A DNA stretch of 43,562 nt, from the NCBI GenBank assembly GCA_002269645.1, contig NIVC01004514.1, forward strand, positions 1 through 43,562, read 5' to 3'. This document shows, piece after piece, positions 1 to 12,829 of the stretch. Below the pieces are notes generated by a model that was not told the origin of the DNA, made no database searches, and was given only the letters and a program-made list of their open reading frames with translations. The translations under genes and the position numbers were made by a program. Positions within the stretch are counted from its first letter, which is position 1; every line of letters begins with the position of its first letter. Source of the stretch: Macrostomum lignano (taxonomy: Eukaryota).

Positions 1-3000
1 TGATTCCATACTCAGGAAGGTGTCACATGTGTGGGAATATATTTCAGCATAATTTTGGACTATACATTTATGCAAAGCTACAATATTATTTTTTAATTTA
101 ATTTTTTTTTTAAGTCTACATTCTTACATTTTGATTTATATACAGCTAGACCACTAATATGCAGTAACATTAAAAACTTAAGTAAAATTTGGATTAGATC
201 AAAAGTTAAAATAATAGATCAATATTTATACATTTCATAAGCATTTTTTAGTTTAAAACTCTGCTATCTTTTAGTTCACTTTGAAAATAGTCAGAAAATA
301 AGCTAAAACTTTATAGTAAAGTGCATACATATGCAACCTCCAAAATTCAGTTGGCCATGCAACTTAGCAACAAAAATGCACTGTAGTTTTTGGCCAAAAA
401 TGCAACTTACATATAAAAAAATCCTAAAGCAAAATTAACACAACTTTGGGTAAATAGCAAAAGTAACTATGACTGTCTTTTAAGCCAAAATGCCTCGTCA
501 GCTACTTAGTACTACTACTTAGGTGTTTTTTTGGATGGGCATTTTTGCAACTTCCTTGGTTGGCTGCCAAATCAGTTGGTCGCCTCGGCCAATTGTTGCG
601 CATATATAGTAAAGTGCCATTTTAAATTTAATTATTTGTTTATCTTACCAAAAAACAATTATTTAATTGACATTGGACAAAATATATCTAAAAGCATATT
701 TTACTATATATAGAATGTATAAAGTATAATATATATAAATATATATAACCTAATATATATATTAGGTTACCTATTGTAAGCTAAATTTTCTGACCAGCTT
801 TGCTATGTGCCCCTATGAGCTAAAATTTCTACTGGGCTTTTGTTGTATACCATATATACTACTGCTATTTTGTGCATATTTTTTGCATATTAAAGTTTTC
901 TGCAATACTATATACTTTGAATATGGCCATGAGTATACCATTAATTAGCTAGTTAGCTATACAAGCTAGACTATAATTAAAGTGAATGCTTATCCCCATG
1001 ATATCTGTCTTAACTTGGGTCGGTCTAAGTGCCTAGTCCTAAGTACAGTAGGTTATATATAATATTATAGGCATAGTGATAATCTATCTAGTACTTATAT
1101 ATATACAAGCAGGCATGACAATGCTCTATGATAATAGGTTGCTCTGTTCAGTGTTGTGACACTCAGAGTTCATGCTATAGCTCAAGGTGTGGGGACACTC
1201 TTAAGTGTTTCTAGTTTTGATACTGTAGGTAGTATACTCTATATAAAGTAACCAGTAACCAATATTACAATAATTTGCAATATACAATGCTGCTATGCTG
1301 CTATGGAACAACTGCTATAGCAAGGCCTCAAAAAAGCTAACAAAGAGAATGAACTTGGAGTCTTACTAGTGCCAGAAGCTATGAAGCTCATTTGAATATT
1401 ATTAATAGCTATATACTTTATTTGCTTGCAATTGATTGAGTCCTTGTAGTAAGAGACATTTTTATAGCTTGCAAATGAGTGTAGTACCAGTGGACTTGTG
1501 GAGGCTACAGATGAATTTCTTTCTTTGGTTGTTTGTTTCTAAAAACTAAACAAAATATTTTTATTAACTTGAAAACAAAAAGCAAAAATATTTTACCATA
1601 ATTAACAAAGTAAAAACATGTTTCAAGTATTTTTTCATTAATTACAGCACAATACCATATAATACTATTCACTTAATTTTGAATTTAGGAATGACAAATG
1701 CTAAAAAATGTGACAACTAGTGTAATAGCTAAGCATATCAGTTTTAAATTTAAATGTTGCAATTGTTGCAAAGTAACTATAATGGACTATAATAACAATG
1801 GACTATAATGGACTATAATATAATTTATATTATAACAACCATTGCATTGTTATAATATAAAATGAGAACAAAAAAAGAACAAAACATAGTTTTTCATATT
1901 TAAAAGCACAAAATATTGAGTTTTAATAAGAAGTAAGTATATTTGTTAAAACATTTACTAAAAAACCCTAACTCAACTTTGGGCAAAAAAACTTTACTAT
2001 TCAACTTGACAAAGACTTCTATTTGTCAAGCTTTTAGTTATATGCTATTAGTTTGTTTGCAGAGTTTTATGCTAAGATGGACATTTTTGGCATAATCCTA
2101 GTTTCCTACATTAAATTGTTGTGATAGTAAAAATGTAATAAATTAAAACAGGTTAAAAAAGCTGCCTTTCTTGATTAATGCCTGGGTCTAATAGGCAGGA
2201 CTAGTCTAGGTATAGCCATTGATATAATCAGCTTTGTCTTAGTACTATAGCTGCATTGCAAGAGCTTTGGAAAGCAAATACAGCTTTGTAAGTTGCTAAA
2301 TAGACTATATTGATAGCCCTTATTTGGTTAACTGTATGTCATGCATCAATAACACAATTTTTGTATATTAATATCTAGGTCATAGAAGTTAATAAGAAGC
2401 TGTAAGTCTGCAACATGTACTATTGTTGTAGGCTCTTTAGTTCATCTAGCTATAGTCATAGCTAAAATTAAAAAATAATTCTTAAAATAATTTGATGTGA
2501 GAAACTAGAATTATATTACATTTTCATCTCCTATTGTATCTAATGCAGTGGAATAGTTAGGAATTTATTTCATGGGCTCAATAAGCATCTAGATAAAGGG
2601 ATGTTTTCATAAGCCGAAAATTTTGGCTTGGGGGGATTTTTTCTTGAGAATTAAGGAGGGGTAATTTCAAGGGGCCCATTAGACCTCTTTTTGGCTATAC
2701 TACTGGTCTAATAAAAATAATAGCTAGCAATAAAGTAGTAAAACATACAAAAATAGCAATTTTAAGGAAAAGGGCTATAGTTTTTTATATATTTTATATA
2801 CCATTTTTACGATTTTTATTGCTACTTTTGTTAAAATTTTCAGATAAATATAAATAGTTTATAGTTTTAAATATATATATTAAAAGAAAATTTTTAGCAT
2901 ATGCATTTATATACAGTTTTTTACATATATTAGAATAAATATTTAAATTCATATTCAATTAAATTAAAAACTTGATGAATACTCAAATATTTGATCTTAA

Positions 3001-3263
3001 AGAATTTTTAATTATATTTCCTAATGTTCAAGTATTGAGTAAAGTCAAAAAGTTCTTGTGTACTTAAAATATGTACTTACTTATTGTAAGTCTATTTAAG
3101 TCACTTAAAAGTACTTGTTTACTTAAAAGTAAGTAAAAATACTTATTGTATTTTAAATATTGTACTTTCTAAATAAATATACTAAATCTCTAAGGTTTGT
3201 ATGTTATCTATCAATTTGCATTACAAAGCATCCCTAATATGTTTAGTACATATGACTTGCAAA

Positions 3264-3730
3264 TAGTCTAGTGAAAAGTTATTGAACATACACACATACA
3301 AACAACATCAGTTTTAATATTTTGAGGTTAGTAACCTTTAATACCAAAAGCCTACCAATCTAGTCCCCATTATTTTATTATTAGAGGCAGGGGGTTGTTT
3401 GCACCCTGGTGCACTTTAAGCAACATAGGCACACAACAGAGGCATTACTGCCCATTCTGCTGACTCCCCTGAGCAGGCATACAAGTGCGCAGATATGTAC
3501 GCAAGCACACACTCACACAGGAGTGTACAGGGGCCCTAACTTTATATTATCGTTAGGCATGTACACTTCACTGCGCCTTGGGGGTTGGCTCTCAATGCTG
3601 TTAATTGCATGAGAAGAGCTAAGCCAAGATTCTAATTCAGCCCCAAATTAATGTGACTGCACTTGGAATCAAGCCTGGGTTGCTGGCACACCAGAGCAGC
3701 TGCGCTACCGCTGGGCTACAGCCCCCAATC
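3264..3730 (-). mobile_element. Putative tRNA-derived SINE relic; tRNA-like head at 3658-3726 on the minus strand
   Basis: Reverse complement of 3658-3726 reads GGGGCTGTAGCCCAGCGGTAGCGC...CCAGGCTTGATTCCAAGTGCA: a Pol III A-box (TAGCCCAGCGG), a decayed B-box and a partial acceptor stem. The segment is bracketed by a ~53-bp direct repeat (3211-3263 and 3731-3783, 2 mismatches). Confidence 0.45.
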
Positions 3731-4837
3731 TCAATTTGCATTATAAAGCATCCCTAATATGTTTGGTACATATGACTTGCAAAGTTGTTGAAAATTAATA
3801 AAAATGGTATAATGTATGGGGTAAAGTGTTGACCCATTAGAGTGAGCATATAAATGTATACATTATGTTATGTATTTGATTTATTAATCAAAATTAGTTT
3901 GTCGTTTCATTTAGTAAGGTATTTATTTTAAGCTAATATGTATAATAAAAAGTTAAAAGTATAATTCGACCTACTAATTAGGCTTGTATTCTAAGATATA
4001 AGGATTATCTGATAGGTTAGTAATCTAAATTTTTGTTTGATATTTACAGACTTATAGATTAAATATACAAACTAGTAAATTAGATTATGATGAAACATTG
4101 CTGGCATATACCAAAGCCTAGGGAAGTTTAATGATTATACATCTATATGTATTTTGCTAATTTTGAACTGTTGAAAAATAGACTTAAATGTTTATTTTAT
4201 TAGAATTTTTCAAATAGAATTATAAGGATATAATGTTCATTTAAAATTAGAAATCATAGTCTGATAGTTGCTAAGATCCTATAGTTTGTTTTATAAATAT
4301 TAATTTGTATAAGGTTTTGAATATGAAGTTCAAGTGTTATTTGCAGTTAGAGGTATGACAGTGGTTCAATCCTGTTCCTAAAATTCCGGAATCCTGGCAA
4401 ATTGGGATGCCAGTCCCATTTCTGTAATTCCAACAAACAATCCTATACAACCTCTAGCTATAGTTTGACTTATCAGCAATTGAATTTAAGAATGAAATTG
4501 AAAAAATTGACCTGAATAAGCACACAACTGTCAGTCGTCTGTGTTTTCAGCTTAATTATCATGGAAAGCTAATATAGGCACATAAGGTTTTCTATGTAAT
4601 TGTAAGGATGTGCTTTAACCCATTGGGTTCGAGCCCAGCCCAACTATGGTAATAAAATTCGCATGAAAAGCTTGGAGTACACATTCTTTCGTCGCTCTAT
4701 GGTCGCTATAATTGGCTTTCATGGGATTAAAATATCCTACATTTGTTACCGAAGTTATCCTACATTAGACCGAATTTTCTCAGAGCTGTATTAGCTTTTG
4801 CGTCTCAAATTTTGCTGAAGTTGCACTCTCCCTTGCC

Positions 4838-5704
<867 letters not shown>

Positions 5705-6850
5705 GATTGCGGCAACTGCTTGATAGCGACGCCTGTTTGCGGCCTGAGCAAGGAGACTAGCTGGGACAATTTAATATTTTGTTCCCTTACTTTGGTTGAA
5801 ATGGAGCTAGTAATTGGCCATACTTGACTTATTAATCAGTTTTAACGCAATTAATTATGCGCTATAAAAATAATAATTTATATTCAAACTTGTTCCTATT
5901 TGTAGCTGGGTGTAGTAGCGGCTCATCTTTATTAATGTACTCAAGACGTAGCAGCAAAAACCATTGTGCTTTTTACACTCATTTATTGCTAATGAAGCCG
6001 CAACAGCACCGTGGATTCTTCTCTCTGATAACTTCTTCGCTTAATAATTAACGCTACAGTAGTGACCTCGAATGTTAGTCTAACTTTGCGCATTGAGCTG
6101 TTGCATTGACACTTGCTAGGAACTTGCTACGATTCTTTTTGTCCTAAATCTGCTTCTTGACCCTTCAAAAATAATGTTCAATGTCTGAAATGTTTTTATT
6201 CTCTCTAATATAAGTCAATGATACAATTCATTCAAACCTGCACGACTTTGTCGGTCTTTGTTGTGCTTTATTTTCTCGCGTACTTGTCCGTGTCTCTTTG
6301 TGTCTTTGCACATTGACCCGTGTTTCTTTTTAATTCCCCGGTATAATATACTTAAGTTTAATTCGTTTAATGTAGCGTGCTTGCTTTTGTTTCTCTCGTT
6401 CTCTTCTCGTTATGCACAATGTGTTCCATAAGTTTAACAACCAATTAAAATATATTTATTAAATGCATATTTCTATACACTGGGCGAAAAATCGGCCTGT
6501 CTATTTTTTGGGAAAAATAAAACTTGAAAAAATATTTTTCGGTCGAAGCAAATACGTCAAACAGTTTTTATTTTATGCGGTACTAATAATGCGATCCTCG
6601 TTTTAAGTTTAGGCTAAAGCGTTACACCGGGCTGCGTACATGAATGTCACGTAGTGGCTTATCGGATTTTTAGATTAACGATCCAAGATTAAACACTGTG
6701 AAAACACAACTGTCCCAGCCCCAAGACCTTAATTTTAGCTAAATTGTGTGAACCAAACATCTTTTAAGCGAACATTATTTTTATTTTTCTATTACAAAAT
6801 CGGCGATAAAAACAACTTTTTAATATTTTAATTACATGCATGCTGTTCTA

Positions 6851-9800
6851 ATGGCTGGTCGAGGCCGGCCTATCCAGCCAGCAGTCGCTGATTTTAATGA
6901 CGAATGGGCTGCTGAACCAGCATCAGGAGATGATATCAATCAGCAAGGCACTAGCGACTGGAGTAGTGAACATTTAAATATCGATGTTGGCGGTAATCGT
7001 GTTCAAGGATCCAGTAGCCACAGAAACCAAGGACATCTTAGTGGCAATCAAGCGAGCTACTTCGATTACGGCGGAAATGAAGAGTCCCGAGATGGCTTTG
7101 GTAGCGGTCGGGGCCGTGGTGGCTTTGGAGCCCGTGGAGGCTTTGGTAGCGACAGAAACGAAGAACCTCGTGGAGGCTTTGATGGCGGTCGGGGCCGTGG
7201 TGGCTTTGGAGCCCGTGGAGGCTTTGGTAGCGACAGAAACGAAGAACCTCGTGGAGGTTTTGATGGCGGTCGGGGCCGTGGTAGCTTTGGAGCCCGTGGA
7301 GGCTTTGGTAGCGACAGAAACGAAGAACCTCGTGGAGGCTTTGATGGCGGCCGGGGCCGTGGTGGCTTTGGAGCCCGTGGAGGCTTTGGTAGCGACAGAA
7401 ACGAAGAACCTCGTGGAGGTTTTGATGGCGGTCGGGGCCGTGGTAGCTTTGGAGCCCGTGGAGGCTTTGGTAGCGACAGAAACGAAGAACCTCGTGGAGG
7501 CTTTGATGGCGGTCGGGGCCGTGGTGGCTTTGGAGCCCGTGGAGGCTTTGATAGCGACAGAAACGAAGAACCCCGAGGCGGCTTTGGTAGCGGTCGAGCC
7601 CGTGGAGGCTTTGGAGCCCGTGGAGGCTTTGATGGCGGTCGGGGCCGTGGAGGCTTTGGAGCCCGTGGAGGCTTTGGTAACGACAGAAACGAAGAACCCC
7701 ATGGAGGCTTTGATGGCGGTCGGGGCCGTGGTAGCTTTGGAGCCCGTGGAGGCTTTGGTAACGACAGAAACGAAGAACCCCGAGGCGGCTTTGGTAGCGG
7801 TCGAGGCCGTGGTGGCTTCGGCAGTGACCGTAGTCAAAGAGGTGGGTTCGGTGGCAATCAAGAGAGCGACTTCGATTACGGCGGAAATGAAGAGCCTCGA
7901 GGTGGCTTCGGTAGCGGTCGAGCCCGTGGTGGCTTTGAAGCTCGTAGAGGCTTTGATAGCGGTAGAGGCCGTGGTGGCTTCGGCAGTGACCGTGACCAAA
8001 GAGGTGGGTTCAGTGGTAATCAAGAGAGCGATTTCCAATTTGACAGAAACGCAGAACCTCGAGGAGGCTTTGGTGGTAGCCGAGGCCTTGGTCAAAGAAG
8101 TGGTTTTGGTGGCAATCAAGAAAGCGACTTTGATGGAGGCAGAAACGAGCGATCCCGAGGAGGCTTCGGCGGTCGTGGTCGGGGATCGAGAGACATAGAT
8201 GGCTTTAGATCGTTAAGTAGAGAAGATCAAAGTGGTGAAGAGTTCGAAAGGAGCAATCGAGGCTTCGGAAGTGGATTCGAAAGTAGAGACTTTTATCGTC
8301 GGGATAATGCAAATAACAATGGTGATAGCGTCTGCTTCAGGTGTCAGCAACCAGGACACTTTGCGCGAGAATGCACTAATTCTGGCGCGATTGCTTGTTT
8401 TAACTGCGGTGAGTCTGGCCACTTTGCCGCAGAATGTCCGAACACTCAACGCACTAGCAGAGATGGTCCATCAGCTGCTCATATCCCGGAGACGTCGGAA
8501 CTTGATGAGATATACAACCAAACTGTCCATGCCGGCATTAACTTTGACAACTACGAAAAAATTGATGTCGAAGTTTCGGGTGTTGACCGACCCGGCTACT
8601 TGCAATCATTTGATGAAATTGGCTTGTCCCCTGTCCTAATGGACAATATTTCTAAGAAGTTCAAGTATACAAAGCTAACACCCGTGCAGAGATACGCTAT
8701 TCCGATTGTACTTAAAGGTCGCGATTTAATGGCCTGTGCACAGACAGGGTCCGGGAAGACGGCGGCTTTTATACTGCCTATGGCAAAGTTAATCACTGAG
8801 ATAGGCGATATCAGCACTGGTGGAGGTTATACTACTTATCCGGTTGCTCTTGTCTTGGTACCGACCAGAGAACTCTGCAACCAGACGTTTGAATTCGGCC
8901 TGTAAGTTCATTGCTATTCTTGAATCAAATATATTCCATTAGTCTAGTGTTACTTTTAATCTTGTTTTTAGTTTCTGCTAGATAAAAGCAAGCATTTGTT
9001 CTCACATCACTTACAGAGGCTTTCTAGCTGGAACGGGCGTTCGAATTCAACGAATTTATGGCGGACCCAAGACGGACTACCTGCGTAATGAGCTGGCCAA
9101 TGGCTGCCACATTCTGGTGGCCACTCCCGGCCGGCTGAAGGACTTCGCCGAGAGGAACATTGTCAGTCTGAACAAGACCCGCTTCCTTGTGCTTGACGAG
9201 GCCGACCAGATGCTTGACAGGGGCTTCATGGACTCGGTGACTTGGACGCTGGACCAGATGCCATCCAATAGGCAGATTCTGATGTTCTCGGCTACCTTCC
9301 CTGGTCCGATTCAAGCTCTGGCTCAGCAGTACCTGCAGAACTATTTGTACCTGACTGTGGGTCAGGTGGGCGCAGCCAATCCCGACGTGACTCAGGAAGT
9401 TCGCGAGGTGCAGCAGGACGACAAGCAGGCCGCTCTGGAGTCAGTCATCGACGAGTGGCATTCGGATCCGGCTCGAAAGAGCGACCGGATTCTCATCTTC
9501 GTGGAGACAAAGCGACAGGCGGACTTTGTCGGACTGGCTCTGACGCAGAAGAAGCAGCTGCTCTGTACCACAATTCACGGAGACCGGCTCCAAAGCGAGC
9601 GCGAGACTGCTATCAGGGATTTCAAGAGGGGCAAGAAGCCGGTTATGGTCGCCACAAACGTGTCGGCTCGCGGCGTTGACATCAACGGAATCGAGCTGGT
9701 GATCAACATGGACCTGCCGAGCGACTTTCAAATGTACGTGCACCGCATTGGTCGCACAGGTCGCTGCGGCAACACAGGCAAGTCGATCTCGTTTTACGAC

Positions 9801-10076
9801 CACGGACGCGACTCGGCCCTGGCCCTCCTGTTGCGCCAGAATCTGGAGAAGTCCGGTCAGTCCGTGCCAGACTGGCTCGACGTTTACGCGGACCAGTCCG
9901 GCGGCGGCGACATGGGCGGCGTCGGTGGCTTCGTAGGCGGCAGCAATCGCGACATGAGGCGCGGCGTCGCCAGAGACCGGTTTCGCGAGCAGCCCGACGA
10001 GGGCGACTTCGCCGAGAGCGCGTTCCGTCCTGCCCCAGCCGCTGCTCAGCTATCCAACGACGATCCATGGGATTAA
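6851..10076 (+). CDS. vasa: Vasa/DDX4-type DEAD-box RNA helicase, copy 1, intact, ~1036 aa; join(6851..8901,9017..10076); alternative in-frame ATG at 6836
   Basis: N-terminal acidic-Trp motif (NDEW), long RGG/FG region and 2 CCHC knuckles (from 8333 and 8396). GINFDNY flank, Q motif, [30 protein letters not shown] and HRIGRTGR. Vasa-type C-terminus DDPWD. One phase-2 GT-AG intron (8902-9016) joins the two ORFs in frame. Confidence 0.93.
7085..8160 (+). repeat. Coding tandem repeat in vasa copy 1: 81-nt/27-aa unit (EEPRGGFDGGRGRGGFGARGGFGSDRN), then degenerate copies
   Basis: GAAGAACC recurs at 7160, 7241, 7322, 7403, 7484 and 7565 (exact 81-nt spacing). Confidence 0.95.
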
Positions 10077-11940
10077 TGATTAAATCTGTTTTTTTTGTAT
10101 AATCCCGCTACTGCACATCAGTAATTGGTAGTATTTTTGGTTAATTCGATTGTTTGATTAAGATTTCTTCCCCCGACTTGGCTTGACAAGATTTGGAATC
10201 GTAGATTAAAGACATCTACTGCTGCATATAGTGATCTTAATTTAAACATATGCCCAACGCTATTTTTTAGTCTAATGCGAACTTCGGACGGTTTTTTATC
10301 TGGAGAGTACAGCACATGCTTTTGCGGCAGTAAAGAACCTATTGCGTGAAGCGACCACCTATAAAATGCGTTATAGAAATCATGTATATACTAGCGTTTA
10401 GTGAGAATGAAGCTCCCGTCCTTTTGCCCCTCCCGCTGCTCCTCTACTCCTGCTCCGCCCTCCATCCAGAGTTATTATCCAACACTACTTAGACTCAAAA
10501 GACTGACAAGGAAACTCCAATATACTAATCAAACGAAGAGACCATCTAGAGACTTCTGGATCGAAGTGCACCAATATAGATAAGTAGCCCCCTTTTTATT
10601 TCACTGAATTGCTTTAAAAACATTGCATGTTTATTGTCTATTCGAAACTGCAACCATCAGGAATTAGAAATAAACATCCGTGTTGAGGGTTAAAAATCGA
10701 GAGAAACCTACTGAACCTTCGACTTGATTTATTGATTAGAAGCGCATAGACGGTGGGATTGTAGTACACCTTAATTTCGTAATTTAAATTGGTGCCAACT
10801 CGAGGCGGGTGTTAAGTAAAGCAAAGCAATCGCATCGCAATGTAATAATACTCGTATATCTTCGTTTCGTCCAATAATTTATATTCGTAACTTTATATCA
10901 GCTGAATTTCATCGCCTTAGCTCAATGGTGAGTCCAATAAATGCTGAATCATAGCTCGAACTGTTACTGGCTATGCTTTAGAGTGTGCCTAGTAAGCAGG
11001 GAGCTGTGCAAACTTGTGATTGGGCGGTAAAGGCTCAAAGTCAAATTTGGTGTCCTGCCTCCGTTCTTGCTACAAGAGACATCTTCAAAGAGAGAAACGA
11101 AAGAATAAGAAAAACAAAACATTTGATGCTCTAAGGTACAGATAATTTCTGTAGATTTTTTTAGTCACTAAAAGTTTGGCCACCGAATGTTTTAGCTTTT
11201 TTGCCACTAATTGGTCAAACGCTAAACTATATTCATTATACGCTACACCTACATTGCTTATTTTATTATTTGTTTTATTATTTTCACTATGTTATATGTG
11301 CATGCTATACTGAACTCTAATTGATCGGTTTCATTCACTAGTTATGTGCTTTTAGTGACAAACATTATCTTAAATGATTAAATCTATCCTAAATTTTTTG
11401 ATTAAATCTTATTAGTTGCTACGCAAAGCAAAAACTCAGGTCTTTCATAATTTCGCTTCGGTTACGGGTCGTTTTTTTCTGTTTTTATTTGGGTTTTTAG
11501 TACACGTTATTATTGTTTTTTTGTCATTTTTGCTTTTTGACGCTCAGAACGAACCTTTATTATTTTTGTTCGTGCTCAGAGGTCAGCAGAATCGGCATAA
11601 CTGCTAGCCTTCTTGATTTGCGACAGTGCCCAAGACCCCTTGCGAAGTAACTAGCCTGACTCTATTGACATATGTATCTGCTGATTAAATCTGCATCTAA
11701 TCCTAATATTTTGACGCGATAACATATTTGCATTGTGGTTCACAATGCAAAGAATCAATCATAATCTTATCTATGTTGTATACTAAGTAAAATATAAAGT
11801 TAATTAAGATTGCCTTGCTAATTTTACTGTCATGTTCTTCTTGTGTAAATTTCATTAAACTAAAGTCAGCTTTGCAGCCAAGATGCTCAGTAAAATTAGT
11901 ATTAAGATTCCCTATTATGCCTCCAGATTCTAAAATGGCA

Positions 11941-12319
11941 AGATGGGCCACTCAGGCATATATACTTAGTAAAACAGCTCTACTTTCAGTTCAGTAGCAA
12001 AGAAGAATATATAAGCTATTTTTTAGAAATAAAGGCAGCTGAAATGACTTTGATAAGTTCAGAAGCCCAAAGCTTGCAGGCGTAAACAGCTAGCTAATTG
12101 GTTCAGCAGTAATGTACATTAGCCAGTCCACTAAAATGTACATGGCAGCTTTAGGCTGGAATTCCGAGAAAGGCAATAAAAATTGGGTGGCGGAGCGGTG
12201 GTAGTGTGGAAGGGCACGGTTGGAGGGTTCAATTTGGGTGTTAAGAGCCAATAAATGAGCCTTGGCTTTAAAAATACATAAAAATGCTTCTGTTTAATTT
12301 ACTACTGAGCTGAAAGTAG
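11941..12319. mobile_element. MITE-like element, copy A (right end decayed); inverted relative to copy B at 26509-26926
   Basis: Begins with GATGGGCCACT. Has subterminal inverted repeats (11980-12000 versus 12299-12319). The interior matches the reverse complement of 26540-26926 over ~350 bp. Confidence 0.65.
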
Positions 12320-12829
12320 CATTTCTGCTAAAGGCTGTGCTATCGTCCGCACAAACAATAATAAGAATGGAATTAAGATCCAAAGGGGAGGAAAATGAAC
12401 TAAGATTGTCTTTGCTCACCAGTCAAACTTTTAGGCCATAGACAGTCCAGGTGGGAAACCATTGTCTTAGCAAAATCTAAAATTCTGCCAAACGTGCCAA
12501 TTAGATCATTTATAACTGTTCTCGATCGTCCTTTTGCCACAGTTGGCACAGCTATGACACAATTATGCTAATCAGCATATTACTGTGCTATGGAAACAGT
12601 TGCGAAACAGTTATGACTGTGCCACAATTGTGCAATAAGTGTCGATAGAGCCTTTTTTGCTACTAATCGACAATTATTTTTCCATTTGTTTCTTTACATC
12701 TGTAAGAGAATTAAATGTACTTGGCTAATTGTCGTAATATAAATTTTCGCTGCTCAATTATTGACTTTTGCTATGATAAAAATATTTGTTCATGTGCTGT
12801 TTTCAAAATCACCAAAGGTTGCATTAAAA

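Noticed and set aside
3658-3726. Functional tRNA gene
   Set aside because: The T-stem and B-box are degenerate and there is no clean anticodon arm. It fits a SINE head or pseudogene better.
6974-8198. Long antisense and shifted-frame ORFs over the vasa-1 repeat (381 aa on -, 404 aa on +), and equivalents at 12824-14442 and 23051-24397
   Set aside because: By-products of stop-poor G-rich coding repeats. They are low complexity, have no domain and mirror the repeat period.
10360-10366. Perfect TATAAAA box downstream of vasa-1
   Set aside because: No supportable ORF or exon follows, and such words are expected by chance in AT-rich DNA.
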